The notes beneath the pieces are model-generated. The model was given only the letters and a program-made list of their open reading frames with translations. It was not told the DNA's origin and did not search any database. The position numbers and the translations under genes are program-made. A stretch of 45,902 bases of DNA from Candidatus Fervidifonticultor quintus. Its GTDB lineage: Bacteria; Sysuimicrobiota; Sysuimicrobiia; Sysuimicrobiales; Humicultoraceae. The DNA is taken from positions 1 to 45,902 of the forward strand of contig JAVKIJ010000015.1 in NCBI GenBank assembly GCA_031459535.1. Reading direction: 5' to 3'. Shown here in pieces: positions 27,820-37,468 of the stretch (position 1 is its first letter; the number at the start of each line of letters is the position of its first letter).

Positions 27820-29334
27820 TCAGGCGCCCAGCGCGCCTTCGGCGGCGCGGAGGATGGCTCCGGACTGGACCAGCTCCATGGCCTGCGCGAAATCCCCGGC
27901 GAGGACCCGGTCGTCCTCAAGCGAGGGGACCGCGTCCCGCACGCAGCGGTAGGCGGCAGCCGTGCCCCGGCCGAGGGCGAGTGTGTTCTCCCCCATTTCG
28001 ATCCCCTGGGCGGCAACGACCAGTTCGATCGCGAGGACCTGCTGGCTGTTCCGCAGCACAGCGGCGGCCTTGCGAGCGGCATGGGCTCCCATGCTCACGT
28101 GGTCCTCCTGGTTCGCGGAGGTGGGAATCGAATCCACACTGGCCGGGTGGCACAACACCTTGTTCTCGGAGGCGAGGGCGGCGGCGGTGTACTGCGCCAG
28201 CATGTACCCCGACTGCAGGCCGCCGCGGCCGGTGAGGAACGCCGGCAGCCCCGAGAGGTAGGGATTGACCAGGCGCTCGATCCGCCGCTCGCTGATGGTG
28301 GCCAGTTCAGCAACGGCCATCGCCGCGTAGTCGAGCGCCAGGGCCAGCGGCTCGGCGTGGAAGTTGCCGCCGGAGATGACCTCGTCCTGGTCGGGAAACA
28401 GGAGCGGGTTGTCGGTGGCGCTGTTGATCTCCACCGTGAGGACTTCGCGCAGATGCGCCAGCGCCTGCCGGACGGCGCCGTGGACCTGCGGCATGCAGCG
28501 GAGCGCGTAGGCATCCTGCACCCCGGGGTGGGAGGATCGGTGGACGCGCTCGCTCCCCTGAAGCAGCAGCAGCAGGTGACGGGCGCTGGCGATCTGGCCT
28601 GGGTGCTGGCGCGTGAGGTGCAGCAAGGGATGGAATGCGCGATCCGTGCCCCGCAACGCCTCCAGACTCAACGCACCGGCCACATCGGCGATCAGAGCCA
28701 GGCGTTCGGCCCCGAGCAGGAACAAGACCCCGATCGCGCTCACAAACTGCGTGCCGTTGATGAGCGCGATGCCCTCCTTGGCTTCCAAGACCAGGGGCTG
28801 GAGCCCGGCCTCGCGCATCGCCTGGCCGCCGGGCAACCGTGCCCCTCGGTACGTGGCCTCGCCCTCGCCGATGACCACCAGGGCCAGGTGGGCGAGCGGT
28901 GCCAGATCGCCACTCGCGCCCAGTGATCCCTGCTCGGGGATGACGGGGTGCACGCCCCGCTCGAGCATGTCTGCCAGGGTCTGGATGACCAGGGGCCGGA
29001 CGCCCGAGTAACCCAGAGCCAGGGCGTTTGCCCGAAGCGCCATCATCGCCCGCACCACCGACTCCGGCAGCGGCGCACCGACCCCGGCGGCGTGCGACCG
29101 AACGATGTTGCGTTGCAGCGCCGCAGCGTCCTCGGGGGAGATCCAGACCGTCCGCAGTTCGCCCACGCCGGTCGAGACACCGTAGACGGCCCGACCCTCG
29201 CGGAGGATGCGCTCGACCATCTGGCGGGATCGCGCCACCCTCTGCAGCGCACTGGGAGCCACGGTCACCGCCGCACCACCTGCCACCGCTTCCACGGCTT
29301 CCGGGGTGAGCGTGCATCCATCGATCTCGACCAT
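27820..29334 (-). CDS. hutH: Histidine ammonia-lyase
   Basis: VYGVSTGVG, IVRSHAAGVG (SH, His-type), MIO motif GSLGASGDLAPLAH, QDAYALRC, SGGNFH, ANQEDHVSMG; ATG 29334 with GGAGG RBS. Confidence 0.95.
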   Translation of the reverse strand: MVEIDGCTLTPEAVEAVAGGAAVTVAPSALQRVARSRQMVERILREGRAVYGVSTGVGELRTVWISPEDAAALQRNIVRSHAAGVGAPLPESVVRAMMALRANALALGYSGVRPLVIQTLADMLERGVHPVIPEQGSLGASGDLAPLAHLALVVIGEGEATYRGARLPGGQAMREAGLQPLVLEAKEGIALINGTQFVSAIGVLFLLGAERLALIADVAGALSLEALRGTDRAFHPLLHLTRQHPGQIASARHLLLLLQGSERVHRSSHPGVQDAYALRCMPQVHGAVRQALAHLREVLTVEINSATDNPLLFPDQDEVISGGNFHAEPLALALDYAAMAVAELATISERRIERLVNPYLSGLPAFLTGRGGLQSGYMLAQYTAAALASENKVLCHPASVDSIPTSANQEDHVSMGAHAARKAAAVLRNSQQVLAIELVVAAQGIEMGENTLALGRGTAAAYRCVRDAVPSLEDDRVLAGDFAQAMELVQSGAILRAAEGALGA

Positions 29335-29356
29335 GGCGGCCTCCCGCATTCCGCTG

Positions 29357-29395
29357 AAAACATGGGAGCCACGCCGCGCGGGCAGCATGGCTCCC
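29357..29395 (-). terminator. Intrinsic terminator/attenuator in the hutH leader
   Basis: Minus strand 14-bp stem GGGAGCCATGCTGC-CCGC-GCGGCGTGGCTCCC followed by ATGTTTT. Confidence 0.85.
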
Positions 29396-29441
29396 TCGTA
29401 TCTCGCGTCTCTGAGCCGACCCGACTCCTCGCTGACCCCTT
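29395..29441 (-). promoter_or_regulatory. Two putative HutP-binding sites (three NAG triplets spaced by 4 nt)
   Basis: AAG-GGGT-CAG-CGAG-GAG (29441-29425), 13 nt spacer, GAG-ACGC-GAG-ATAC-GAG (29411-29395); the last G is the first base of the terminator stem. Confidence 0.75.
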
Positions 29442-29510
29442 CTCGCGCAACCCCACGATTCCTGCCGGCGGCCCGCGCCGGGCGCGCGCAGGCTGGCAGG
29501 CGGTGGCGGG

Positions 29511-29966
29511 TTAGAGGTGCACGATGCCCAATCCGACCACCTCGTGCTCGTTACCCTTCACGGGCTGGCCAATGGTGCCGTAGAGGGCGACCGCGATCCA
29601 GGTCGTCTGATCACCGGGCAGCCGCGGCCCGCGGACCGCGGCAAACCTCAGCCCGACCGTGCGCAGCAGCGTCCCCAGGGCCAGTTGCCCTCGACCGACG
29701 CCGTGGAGCGCCTCGATGATGGCGTGGTAGAGGGCGTGCTCCTCAGCATATTCGGCACTGATGAGACCCTCGCGAGAGGCCGCAGTCTCCACGGCGGCAA
29801 TGACCTTCTCAATGTCCATGGTCCCGACGCGGCCTGCGACGCTGCGGTACCCACTCAGGCCGGCCAACACGGTCTGGGGATCGTCGGCGAGCACGGCCAG
29901 GAGCGCCACGCGGCCTATGGTGTCGGCCCGAATCCGGACCTCGCGGTTCACGACAGTCTCGCCCAC
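29511..29966 (-). CDS. hutP: Hut operon positive regulator (RNA-binding antiterminator)
   Basis: IGRVALL, GRVGTMD, EEHALYHAIIEALHGV.RG, LLRTVGLRFAAVRG, WIAVALYGTIGQPVKGNEHE, closely matching Bacillus HutP; alternative GTG start at 29951. Confidence 0.93.
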   Translation of the reverse strand: MGETVVNREVRIRADTIGRVALLAVLADDPQTVLAGLSGYRSVAGRVGTMDIEKVIAAVETAASREGLISAEYAEEHALYHAIIEALHGVGRGQLALGTLLRTVGLRFAAVRGPRLPGDQTTWIAVALYGTIGQPVKGNEHEVVGLGIVHL

Positions 29967-30814
29967 CTGGCCCCGACGAACAAGTGCTGCTGGGCGTAGC
30001 CGGCCAGAGCGCCGAACCGCTCACGGGCCCAGGCGCCAATGGCGCGCGGTGTCTGCGACCGGCCGTGGAAGTACCAGCGCTCGACCGCCCGCCTGACCCA
30101 CACGTCCACGGGGAACGCCTCGTCGTGGCCCAGGCCGAAGAGGAGCACGCACTCGGCTACCTTCTCGCCGACACCGGGCAGTTCCAGCAGGGCCGATCGG
30201 GCCTCCCCGAGCGGCAATCTGGAGAGCGCGTCCAGGTCCAGGGTGCGGTCGGCCACCAGGCGCGCGAGGTCTCGCACGTAGCGGGCCCGGTAGCCGAGTG
30301 CGCACCGGCGCAGCGCCGGCAGGCTGGCCTCGGCGAGCCGCGCGGGGCAGGGGAACGTCCAGTCCACGGGGCGCGCCTCGCTGCCAGCGGCCCCCCCGTC
30401 CGCGATCGGCTCCCCGAAGCAACGGGCCAGCGCCTGAATGCTCATCCGGATCTTCGGGATGTTGTTGAACGCGGAGACGACGAAGGACACCAGGCACTCC
30501 CATGGATCCTGGCGCATGATCCCGATGCCCGAGGTGTGGGGGAGCAGGCGGCTGATTGGGCGCTCACGGGCGAGGGCCCCCTCGACGGCCGCCAGGGGCC
30601 GGTCGGCGCCGAGGTATCGCAGCAGGCGGCGCGGCGAGTCCGCTGATCCGCCGCACCGCACCAGCAGCCCCTCGGGCCGCTGCCTCAGCCAGACGACGCT
30701 GCCGCCCACGACGCCTCTCGCACCCCTCGGGGTCAGCACCCACCTGAAACACTGGCCGCTTCGCAGGGTGCGCTCCAGACTGTAGGGTGCGGGAACGGGA
30801 AGCGCCGCGATCAC
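29948..30814 (-). CDS. 8-oxoguanine DNA glycosylase (OGG1-type, HhH-GPD)
   Basis: TLRSGQCFRW, RQDPWECLVSFVVS.FNNI, LGYRARY, LPGVGEKVAECVLLF, FPVDVWV, AGYAQQHLF; GTG overlaps the upstream stop. Confidence 0.9.
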   Translation of the reverse strand: MIAALPVPAPYSLERTLRSGQCFRWVLTPRGARGVVGGSVVWLRQRPEGLLVRCGGSADSPRRLLRYLGADRPLAAVEGALARERPISRLLPHTSGIGIMRQDPWECLVSFVVSAFNNIPKIRMSIQALARCFGEPIADGGAAGSEARPVDWTFPCPARLAEASLPALRRCALGYRARYVRDLARLVADRTLDLDALSRLPLGEARSALLELPGVGEKVAECVLLFGLGHDEAFPVDVWVRRAVERWYFHGRSQTPRAIGAWARERFGALAGYAQQHLFVGARWARLS

Positions 30815-31437
30815 GGTTCCAGCAGCCTCGCGTCCACCACCAGCTGCGACCATGTCTCCATCTGCGGATAGGCGGCGCGCACCTCGTCGCGGGAGGCGAG
30901 CCGCCCGACCAACCGATCGGCCTCCCTGACCGAGACCTCGCCGGATGCGACGTCCACCACGTGCACCAGCCCGAAATGCACCGCGCCCACGGCGTTGTCG
31001 TCGTCGTTGAGCACGCCCACCAGCCGCACGGACCACGGCCCGCCCATCACCAGCTCCTCCCCGAGTTCCCGCCGGAGCCCGGCAGCCACCACATCGTCGC
31101 TCCCTTCGACATCTTCCCTAGCCACGTGCCCGCCCACCCCGATAGAGAAGAGCCCGCGCAGCCGGCCTTCAAGGCCGCGGTGTGTGCGCTGAAAGAGCAT
31201 GTACCGGGCACCGCTGCGGACGAGCACATAAGGGATGATCTGTTTCAGCGTCGGGTCATCTTCCACATCGCGGCGACGGCGGAAGACGCCGTACCGCCGT
31301 ACGCGGCGCAGATACTCGTCGAGCCGTTCGGTCAAGACCCCGCGGAACGGCCCGCTCCAGAACAGATCGGCGCGTGGAACGACCAGGATGTCTTCGTCCA
31401 TCTCGTCGCGGGCATGCCGGACTGCCTCCTGGCTCAC
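30811..31437 (-). CDS. Predicted Nudix-family phosphoesterase (YmaB/COG4112-like)
   Basis: EDDPTLKQIIPYV, EGRL..SIGVGGH, RELGEEL, NDDDNAVGAVHFG, METWS; alternative start ATG 31401. Confidence 0.85.
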   Translation of the reverse strand: MSQEAVRHARDEMDEDILVVPRADLFWSGPFRGVLTERLDEYLRRVRRYGVFRRRRDVEDDPTLKQIIPYVLVRSGARYMLFQRTHRGLEGRLRGLFSIGVGGHVAREDVEGSDDVVAAGLRRELGEELVMGGPWSVRLVGVLNDDDNAVGAVHFGLVHVVDVASGEVSVREADRLVGRLASRDEVRAAYPQMETWSQLVVDARLLEP

Positions 31438-31946
31438 AGCGTCCCCCGGTGGATCCGCACACCGTCTGGGAAAGGGGCCTCGGCATCCGCGTAGGTGAAT
31501 TTCGCCAGAATCACCGTACTGTCCCGGTCCCGCAGATGCGGGAGCAGCAGAGGGATGTCTGGGAGGACCGGCAGCGACGCGATCTCCTGTGGCGAGGCCC
31601 ATCGCAGCGGCCCTTCGTGAGATGGGGTGACGGTGCGGTCGGCGACCTGCGCGGAGAACAGGAAGATGGCCCAATGATCCCCGGTGGACCGTACCACCAC
31701 GGTGGCGACGCCACGGAACGCGAGCGGCGGCTCGATGCCGGCCTCTTCCCTCAGCTCGCGTCGAGCGGCGTCGAGCGGATCTTCTCCGCGGTCGAGCTTG
31801 CCACCGATGGCGTTCCACCGGCCGACGTCGGGAGGCCGTTGCCTGCAGATCAGCAGCAGGTCCTCGCCGCAGAACACGAAGCAGAGGGTCCGCAGACGGA
31901 TCGCTGCGGGACCTTCAGGATGCGGGTTCGGCCGCACGATCCCCAC
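31434..31946 (-). CDS. Nudix hydrolase, MutT/8-oxo-dGTPase-like
   Basis: Nudix box GGKLDRGEDPLDAARRELREEAG; RTLCF, WNAIGG and EGPLRW motifs. Confidence 0.85.
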   Translation of the reverse strand: MGIVRPNPHPEGPAAIRLRTLCFVFCGEDLLLICRQRPPDVGRWNAIGGKLDRGEDPLDAARRELREEAGIEPPLAFRGVATVVVRSTGDHWAIFLFSAQVADRTVTPSHEGPLRWASPQEIASLPVLPDIPLLLPHLRDRDSTVILAKFTYADAEAPFPDGVRIHRGTL

Positions 31947-32742
31947 TGCCCGCCCCGTCGATCGCCACGCGCAGCGACCAGACGAACTCGCCCAATGGCG
32001 GACCTGCGCCGACGCCCTCGCGCTCGACGATGGTCACGATGGCGCTGCCCACGATCACGCCGTCGGCGACCGATGCGACCTGGCGCGCGTGTTCTGGCGT
32101 CGAGACACCAAACCCCACGCACACCGGCAGCGCCGTGTACCGACGGAGCCGCGCCACCAGATGACCCACGTCCGCCGAGAGGCTCTCCCGGACACCGGTC
32201 ACGCCGGTTAGCGAAACGCCGTACACGAAGCCGCGGCTGGCTGCCGCAACCCGCGCCAAGCGCTCATCGGTGCTCGTGGGTGCGGCCAGGAAGATGACGT
32301 CCAAGCCGGCGGAGGAGGCCACGGCCCGGAACACCGCCCCTTCTTCCGGCGGCAGATCGGGCACCACGACGCCGTCCACCCCGGCGGCCGCAGCCCGTTC
32401 GACGAAGGCGTCGAGCCCGTACCGCAGGATCGGGTTGTAGTACGAGAGCAGCACGACCGGCTGCTGGAGGAACGATCGCACCTGCGCCACCATGGCCAGC
32501 ACGCCGGCCAGGGTGGTGCGACAGCCCAGCGCCCGTTGCGCGGCTCGCTGGTTGATCGGGCCGTCGGCGATCGGATCGGAGAAGGGCACACCGATCTCGA
32601 GCAGGTCGGCGCCTGCCCCGGCGCACTGCTGCAGGAACCCGGCGGTGGCTTCCAGAGAAGGATCGCCACCCATGACGAACGGCATCAGGGCGCGCCGGCC
32701 CCCCCGGCGCAGCGATGCGAAGGCGTCCTCGATCCGGCTCAC
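31915..32742 (-). CDS. trpA: Tryptophan synthase alpha
   Basis: [48 protein letters not shown]. Confidence 0.97.
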   Translation of the reverse strand: MSRIEDAFASLRRGGRRALMPFVMGGDPSLEATAGFLQQCAGAGADLLEIGVPFSDPIADGPINQRAAQRALGCRTTLAGVLAMVAQVRSFLQQPVVLLSYYNPILRYGLDAFVERAAAAGVDGVVVPDLPPEEGAVFRAVASSAGLDVIFLAAPTSTDERLARVAAASRGFVYGVSLTGVTGVRESLSADVGHLVARLRRYTALPVCVGFGVSTPEHARQVASVADGVIVGSAIVTIVEREGVGAGPPLGEFVWSLRVAIDGAGSGDRAAEPAS

Positions 32743-33932
32743 GCCTCGTCCCCCATCGCCCGCGCGACGACCTCGACGTCCTTGTCGCCGCGCCCGGACA
32801 GGCCCACCAGGAGCAGGGATCCCGGCGCGAACGCCGATGCCGTGTGTGCCAGATACCCGATGGCATGCGCGGGCTCCAGAGCGGCCAGGATCCCCTCGGT
32901 CCGCGCCAGCAATCGAAATCCCTCCAGCGCCACGCGGTCATCCACCGCGACGTACTCGCCGCGACCCGTGTCCTTCAGGTACGCGTGTTCAGGGCCTACG
33001 CCCGGATAGTCGAGGCCCGCCGAGATGGAGTGGGTGGTCAGGACCTGACCATCGGCGTCCTGGAGGACGTAGCTCATCGCGCCGTGCAGTACGCCAGGCG
33101 ACCCGGCCACCAGGGTTGCGGCGTGCCGACCCGTGGCGACCCCCTCGCCGCCGGCTTCCACGCCGATCAGCCGCACCGGGTCGTCGCGGAACGCGTGGAA
33201 CAGGCCGATGGCGTTGCTCCCGCCGCCCACGCACGCCACGACCGCATCCGGGAGCCGGCCGGCCTGCTCCAGGATCTGCGCCCGCGCCTCGCGGCCGATG
33301 ACCGCCTGGAAGTCGCGAACCAGCGTGGGATACGGATGCGGGCCCACCACCGAGCCGATGACGTAGAACGTCGTCCTCACGTTGGTGACCCAGTCGCGCA
33401 GCGCCTCATTGATGGCGTCCTTGAGGGTTCGCGATCCGGCTTCGACCGGAATCACCCTGGCGCCGAGCAGCCGCATGCGGAACACATTCAGGCTCTGCCG
33501 CACCACGTCCTCGGCGCCCATATAGACTTCACAGGGCAGCCCCACCATGGCGGCGGCGGTGGCGGTCGCCACGCCGTGCTGGCCGGCGCCGGTCTCGGCA
33601 ATGATCCGCTCCTTGCTCATCCGCCGCGCCAGGAACACCTGTCCCAACGCGTTGTTGATCTTGTGGGCGCCGGTGTGGAGCAGGTCTTCGCGCTTGAGGT
33701 AGACTTGGACGCCCAGGGCCCTGCTGAGCCTGGCGGCGAAGTACAGCGGCGTGGGTCGACCGGCATAGTGGCGCAGCGCTCCGGCGAGCTCTGATTGGAA
33801 GTCGGAATCGGCGGACAGACGGGCGTACGCGCCTTCGAGTTCCTCGAGGGCGGGGATCAGGGTTTCCGGCACGTACCGCCCGCCATACGGGCCGAAGCGC
33901 CCTGTCCCGGCGGCGGAGGACGCTGCGATCAC
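32739..33932 (-). CDS. trpB: Tryptophan synthase beta
   Basis: [56 protein letters not shown]. Confidence 0.98.
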   Translation of the reverse strand: MIAASSAAGTGRFGPYGGRYVPETLIPALEELEGAYARLSADSDFQSELAGALRHYAGRPTPLYFAARLSRALGVQVYLKREDLLHTGAHKINNALGQVFLARRMSKERIIAETGAGQHGVATATAAAMVGLPCEVYMGAEDVVRQSLNVFRMRLLGARVIPVEAGSRTLKDAINEALRDWVTNVRTTFYVIGSVVGPHPYPTLVRDFQAVIGREARAQILEQAGRLPDAVVACVGGGSNAIGLFHAFRDDPVRLIGVEAGGEGVATGRHAATLVAGSPGVLHGAMSYVLQDADGQVLTTHSISAGLDYPGVGPEHAYLKDTGRGEYVAVDDRVALEGFRLLARTEGILAALEPAHAIGYLAHTASAFAPGSLLLVGLSGRGDKDVEVVARAMGDEA

Positions 33933-34570
33933 CGTCGCACCTCCGCCAGGCGCGCGGCCGCCTCCCTGGCCGCGACCACAAAGGCTCGAATCTTCCCAGG
34001 GTCCTTGCGGCCGTCGGTCTCGACGCCCGTGCTGACGTCCACGCCGTACGGGCGGACCGCGGCGATCCCCTCCCCCACATTCTCGGCGGTGAGCCCGCCG
34101 GAGAGAATGGTGGGCATCACCCGCGCCACCGGAGCGCCGTGGCGCCAGTCGAAGGGCTCACCGGTCCCACCCCGCTGGCCAGGCCGGTACGCGTCCAGCA
34201 AGATCGCGGAGACCGGCAGGGCCCGCAGCGCCCCCACCTCCAACGGTCCGGTCACCGGGACGGCCTTGATCACCGTGATGCCCATCGCCGCCACGGCCTC
34301 GCAGTACCCCGGTGACTCGTCGCCGTGGAGCTGCACCGCATCCAGCCGCACGCCATCGACCAGCGCCCGCAAGTGCTCCAGCGGCTCGTTGACCACGACG
34401 CCCACGCGGGTTACAAACGGCGGCAGCGACGCAGCGATCCGCCTCGCCCGGGCCAGGTCCACCTGGCGGCGTCCCGGCGCGAAGACCAGGCCGATGGCAT
34501 CCGCGCCGGCCTGCGCCGCGGCATGGGCGGCGGCCTCGTCCTGGATGCCGCAGATCTTGATGCGGATCAC
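33929..34570 (-). CDS. trpF: Phosphoribosylanthranilate isomerase
   Basis: [34 protein letters not shown]. Confidence 0.96.
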   Translation of the reverse strand: MIRIKICGIQDEAAAHAAAQAGADAIGLVFAPGRRQVDLARARRIAASLPPFVTRVGVVVNEPLEHLRALVDGVRLDAVQLHGDESPGYCEAVAAMGITVIKAVPVTGPLEVGALRALPVSAILLDAYRPGQRGGTGEPFDWRHGAPVARVMPTILSGGLTAENVGEGIAAVRPYGVDVSTGVETDGRKDPGKIRAFVVAAREAAARLAEVRR

Positions 34571-34597
34571 CTGGCGGCCTCGTCCCGATCCACTCCG

Positions 34598-35614
34598 TCA
34601 GGCCCGTTCCCGGACCCCACGGTAGTAGGACATCTTCATCGCGTCTCGCACCCGGTCCAGCGTCTCCTGGGCGATGGCGCGGGCGCGTCGGCTGCCCTCG
34701 ACAACGATCTCCTCGATGTACGCCGGCCGGGCGGCGTACTGGGCCCGCCGCTCGCGGATGGGGGCAAGGAAGGCGTTGAGGGCGCGGGCGAGCCGCTGTT
34801 TCACCTCCACGTCGCCCACCTTGCCGGCCCGGTAGCGTTGCTTGAGCTCCTCCACCTCGGCCCGGTCGGCGTTGAACGCCTCGTGGTAGGTGAACACCGG
34901 GTTGCCCTCGACCGTCCCAGGGTCGGTGGAGTGAATGCGCTTGGGATCCGTGTACATCCGCATCACCCGCTGGGTAACCACTTCGGCATCATCGGATAGG
35001 TAGATCACGTTGCCCAGCGACTTGCTCATCTTGGCCCGGCCGTCGGTGCCCGGCAGCGTGCCCACCTCGCCGATGAGCGTGGCGGGCTCGGGGAACACCG
35101 GCGCGAACGTCTCGTTGAACCGCCTGGCGATCTCGCGGGTCAGCTCCAGATGCGACGCCTGGTCCTTGCCCACCGGGACGATCTCACCGCGCACGGAGAG
35201 GATGTCGGCGGCCTGGAGGACCGGGTAGTTGAGCAGACCGGCCGACGGCTGGACGATGTGCAGGTCCCTCATGACTTCCTTCAACGTGGGCACCCGCTGC
35301 AACCTCGGCACGGTCACCAGCATGGAGAAGATGAGCTGCAACTCGCTGATCTGGGGCACCGCCGACTGGAGGAAGATCGTGGAGCGCTCGGGATCGATGC
35401 CCACGCTGAGGTAGTCCAGCACGATCTCCCGGATGTTGTGCTCGATCTCCTCGAGGTTCTCCAGGCGCGTGGTGAGGATGTGGTAGTCGGCCAGGAGGAA
35501 GAAGCACTCGTACTCGTCCTGCAGCCGCACCCGGTTGGCGAGCGTGCCGACATAATGCCCCAGGTGGAGCTTCCCGGTGGGACGGTCGCCCGTGAGCAGA
35601 CGTCCCTTCTTCAT
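34598..35614 (-). CDS. trpS: Tryptophan--tRNA ligase
   Basis: LTGDRPTGKLHLGHY, YPVLQAADI, VPVGKDQ, KMSKS; ATG overlaps the trpC stop. Confidence 0.97.
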   Translation of the reverse strand: MKKGRLLTGDRPTGKLHLGHYVGTLANRVRLQDEYECFFLLADYHILTTRLENLEEIEHNIREIVLDYLSVGIDPERSTIFLQSAVPQISELQLIFSMLVTVPRLQRVPTLKEVMRDLHIVQPSAGLLNYPVLQAADILSVRGEIVPVGKDQASHLELTREIARRFNETFAPVFPEPATLIGEVGTLPGTDGRAKMSKSLGNVIYLSDDAEVVTQRVMRMYTDPKRIHSTDPGTVEGNPVFTYHEAFNADRAEVEELKQRYRAGKVGDVEVKQRLARALNAFLAPIRERRAQYAARPAYIEEIVVEGSRRARAIAQETLDRVRDAMKMSYYRGVRERA

Positions 35615-36441
35615 CGCACCATACCTCCTATCTGATCGGCGGTCTCGGCGGCGAGCCGCAGGCTTCGCAGATGCGCCGACGGGTCTGGATGTGCCATCAG
35701 CGCGGTCCCCACCAGGATCGCATCGATCCCGGCGGCGCACACCCGCCGCACGTCATCCGGGGTCTCGATACCGCTCTCGCTGATCACGACGACGCCGGCC
35801 GGAATGCGCGGCCGCAGCCGGCGGGTGGTGTCCAAATCGACCCGCAGGGTCTGGAGATCGCGGTTGTTGATGCCGATGACCCCTGCCCCGGCCGCCAGCG
35901 CCAGGTCCACGTGGGCCTCCGTGTGCACCTCGAAGAGGGCCGTCATGCCCAACTCTTGGGCCAGACGGCCCAGCGTGATCAGATCCTCCGACGCGACGGC
36001 GCCTGCAATCAGCAGCACCGCGTCCGCGCCCAGCGCCCGCGCCTCGTACATCTGATAGGTGTCCACGATGAAGTCCTTCCGCAGCACCGGCAGCGCCGAG
36101 GCCGCGCGCACGGCCGGCAGATCCTCGGGGCGACCGGCGAAATACCGACGGTCGGTGAGCACCGAGATGGCCGCCGCGCCAGCGGCCTGGTACCGGCCGG
36201 CTATCGCGGCAGGATCCGCGTCTGGCCGGATCGCACCCGCTGACGGCGAGGCACGCTTGACCTCGGCGATGAGGCGCACCGGCGGGCCAGTCACCGCCGC
36301 CGCAAAGTCCTGGGCGCGCGGCGCGGCCAACGCGCGTCGACGCATGGCTTCCAGGGGCACGGCCTGGCGGCTGGCCGCCACCTCCTGCCGCTTGTGCGCG
36401 ATGATCTCGTCGAGGATCACGGTGGTCACGTCGTCCCGCAC
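35611..36441 (-). CDS. trpC: Indole-3-glycerol phosphate synthase (start could be 36441, 36429 or 36420)
   Basis: ILDEIIAHK, IAEVKRASPSAG, ISVLTD, LRKDF, IGINNRDL, SESGI. Confidence 0.96.
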   Translation of the reverse strand: MRDDVTTVILDEIIAHKRQEVAASRQAVPLEAMRRRALAAPRAQDFAAAVTGPPVRLIAEVKRASPSAGAIRPDADPAAIAGRYQAAGAAAISVLTDRRYFAGRPEDLPAVRAASALPVLRKDFIVDTYQMYEARALGADAVLLIAGAVASEDLITLGRLAQELGMTALFEVHTEAHVDLALAAGAGVIGINNRDLQTLRVDLDTTRRLRPRIPAGVVVISESGIETPDDVRRVCAAGIDAILVGTALMAHPDPSAHLRSLRLAAETADQIGGMVR

Positions 36442-36457
36442 TCCTGGCCGCCTCCCC

Positions 36458-37468
36458 CTACGCCGCCCGGGTGTGGACCCGCAACTCCTCCAGCTTCTCA
36501 TATGCCGCGCCCGAGTCGATGGCGCGGGCCGCCAGGTCCATGCCCTCGGCCAAGTCCTCGGCCAGCTCCGCGGCCACCAGTGCGGCGCCCGCGTTGGCGA
36601 CCACCAGGTCCCGCGCCGGCCCCCTCTCGCCCCGCAGGACGGCCAGGGTCACCTCGGCGTTCTGCTGCGGCGTCCCGCCGGCGATGGCATCGGCCGGGGC
36701 CGGCGGGATGCCCAGCGTCGCCGGCTCGATCATCCGCACCTGGACCCGACCGTCGCGCAACTCGGCCACCTGCGTGGGCCCCAGCGTCGACACCTCGTCC
36801 ATGCCATCGCCGTGGACGACCAGCGCCCGCCGCACCCCCAGCTCGCCCAGCACCTCGGCCATGATCCTCACCAGCGAGGGATCATAGGTGCCGACCAGCA
36901 GGCTCGACGCTCCCGCTGGATTGGCCAGGGGACCAAGGATATTGAACACGGTCCGAATGCCGATCTCCCGCCTCGGGCCGGCCGCGTGCTTCATCGCCGC
37001 GTGGTAGATCGGGGCGAAGAGGAATCCAATGCCGATGTCCTCGATGCAACGCTGAACGACGTCGGGCGGCACCTGGATGTTGACACCCAGCGCCTCGAGC
37101 ACATCGGCGCTCCCGCACTGCCGGCTTATCGCCCGGTTGCCGTGCTTGGCCACGTACCCCCCACAGCCGGCCACGACCAACGCCGCCGTCGTCGAGACGT
37201 TGAACGTGCTGACCCGGTCGCCGCCGGTCCCGACCACGTCAACGAGCCGCTCAACCCTCGGGACCACCCGCAGCGCCCGCTCCCGCATCGCGCGGGCGAA
37301 ACCCGCGATCTCGTCTACCGTCTCCCCGCGCATCCGCAGGGCGGTGATGAAGGCTGCGATCTGCGCCGAGGTGGCCTCGCCGTCCATGATCTCGCCCATG
37401 GCCGCCCAGGCGTCTTGCTCTGAGAGCGTCTGGTGGTCGGTGACCGCGCGGATCGCTTCGCGAATCAT
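36458..37468 (-). CDS. trpD: Anthranilate phosphoribosyltransferase
   Basis: DVVGTGGD..TFNVST, AKHGNR, GSADVLEALG, RTVFNILGPL. Confidence 0.97.
   Translation of the reverse strand: MIREAIRAVTDHQTLSEQDAWAAMGEIMDGEATSAQIAAFITALRMRGETVDEIAGFARAMRERALRVVPRVERLVDVVGTGGDRVSTFNVSTTAALVVAGCGGYVAKHGNRAISRQCGSADVLEALGVNIQVPPDVVQRCIEDIGIGFLFAPIYHAAMKHAAGPRREIGIRTVFNILGPLANPAGASSLLVGTYDPSLVRIMAEVLGELGVRRALVVHGDGMDEVSTLGPTQVAELRDGRVQVRMIEPATLGIPPAPADAIAGGTPQQNAEVTLAVLRGERGPARDLVVANAGAALVAAELAEDLAEGMDLAARAIDSGAAYEKLEELRVHTRAA

Noticed and set aside
26752-29334. Selenoneine/ergothioneine-related cluster (selD next to a His-acting enzyme)
   Set aside because: No SenA/SenB/Egt-like genes; the genes are convergent; the lyase has canonical HAL motifs and a HutP leader.
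29335-29388. N-terminal extension of HutH from ATG 29388
   Set aside because: It lies inside the terminator stem; ATG 29334 has a GGAGG RBS and matches the typical HutH N-terminus.
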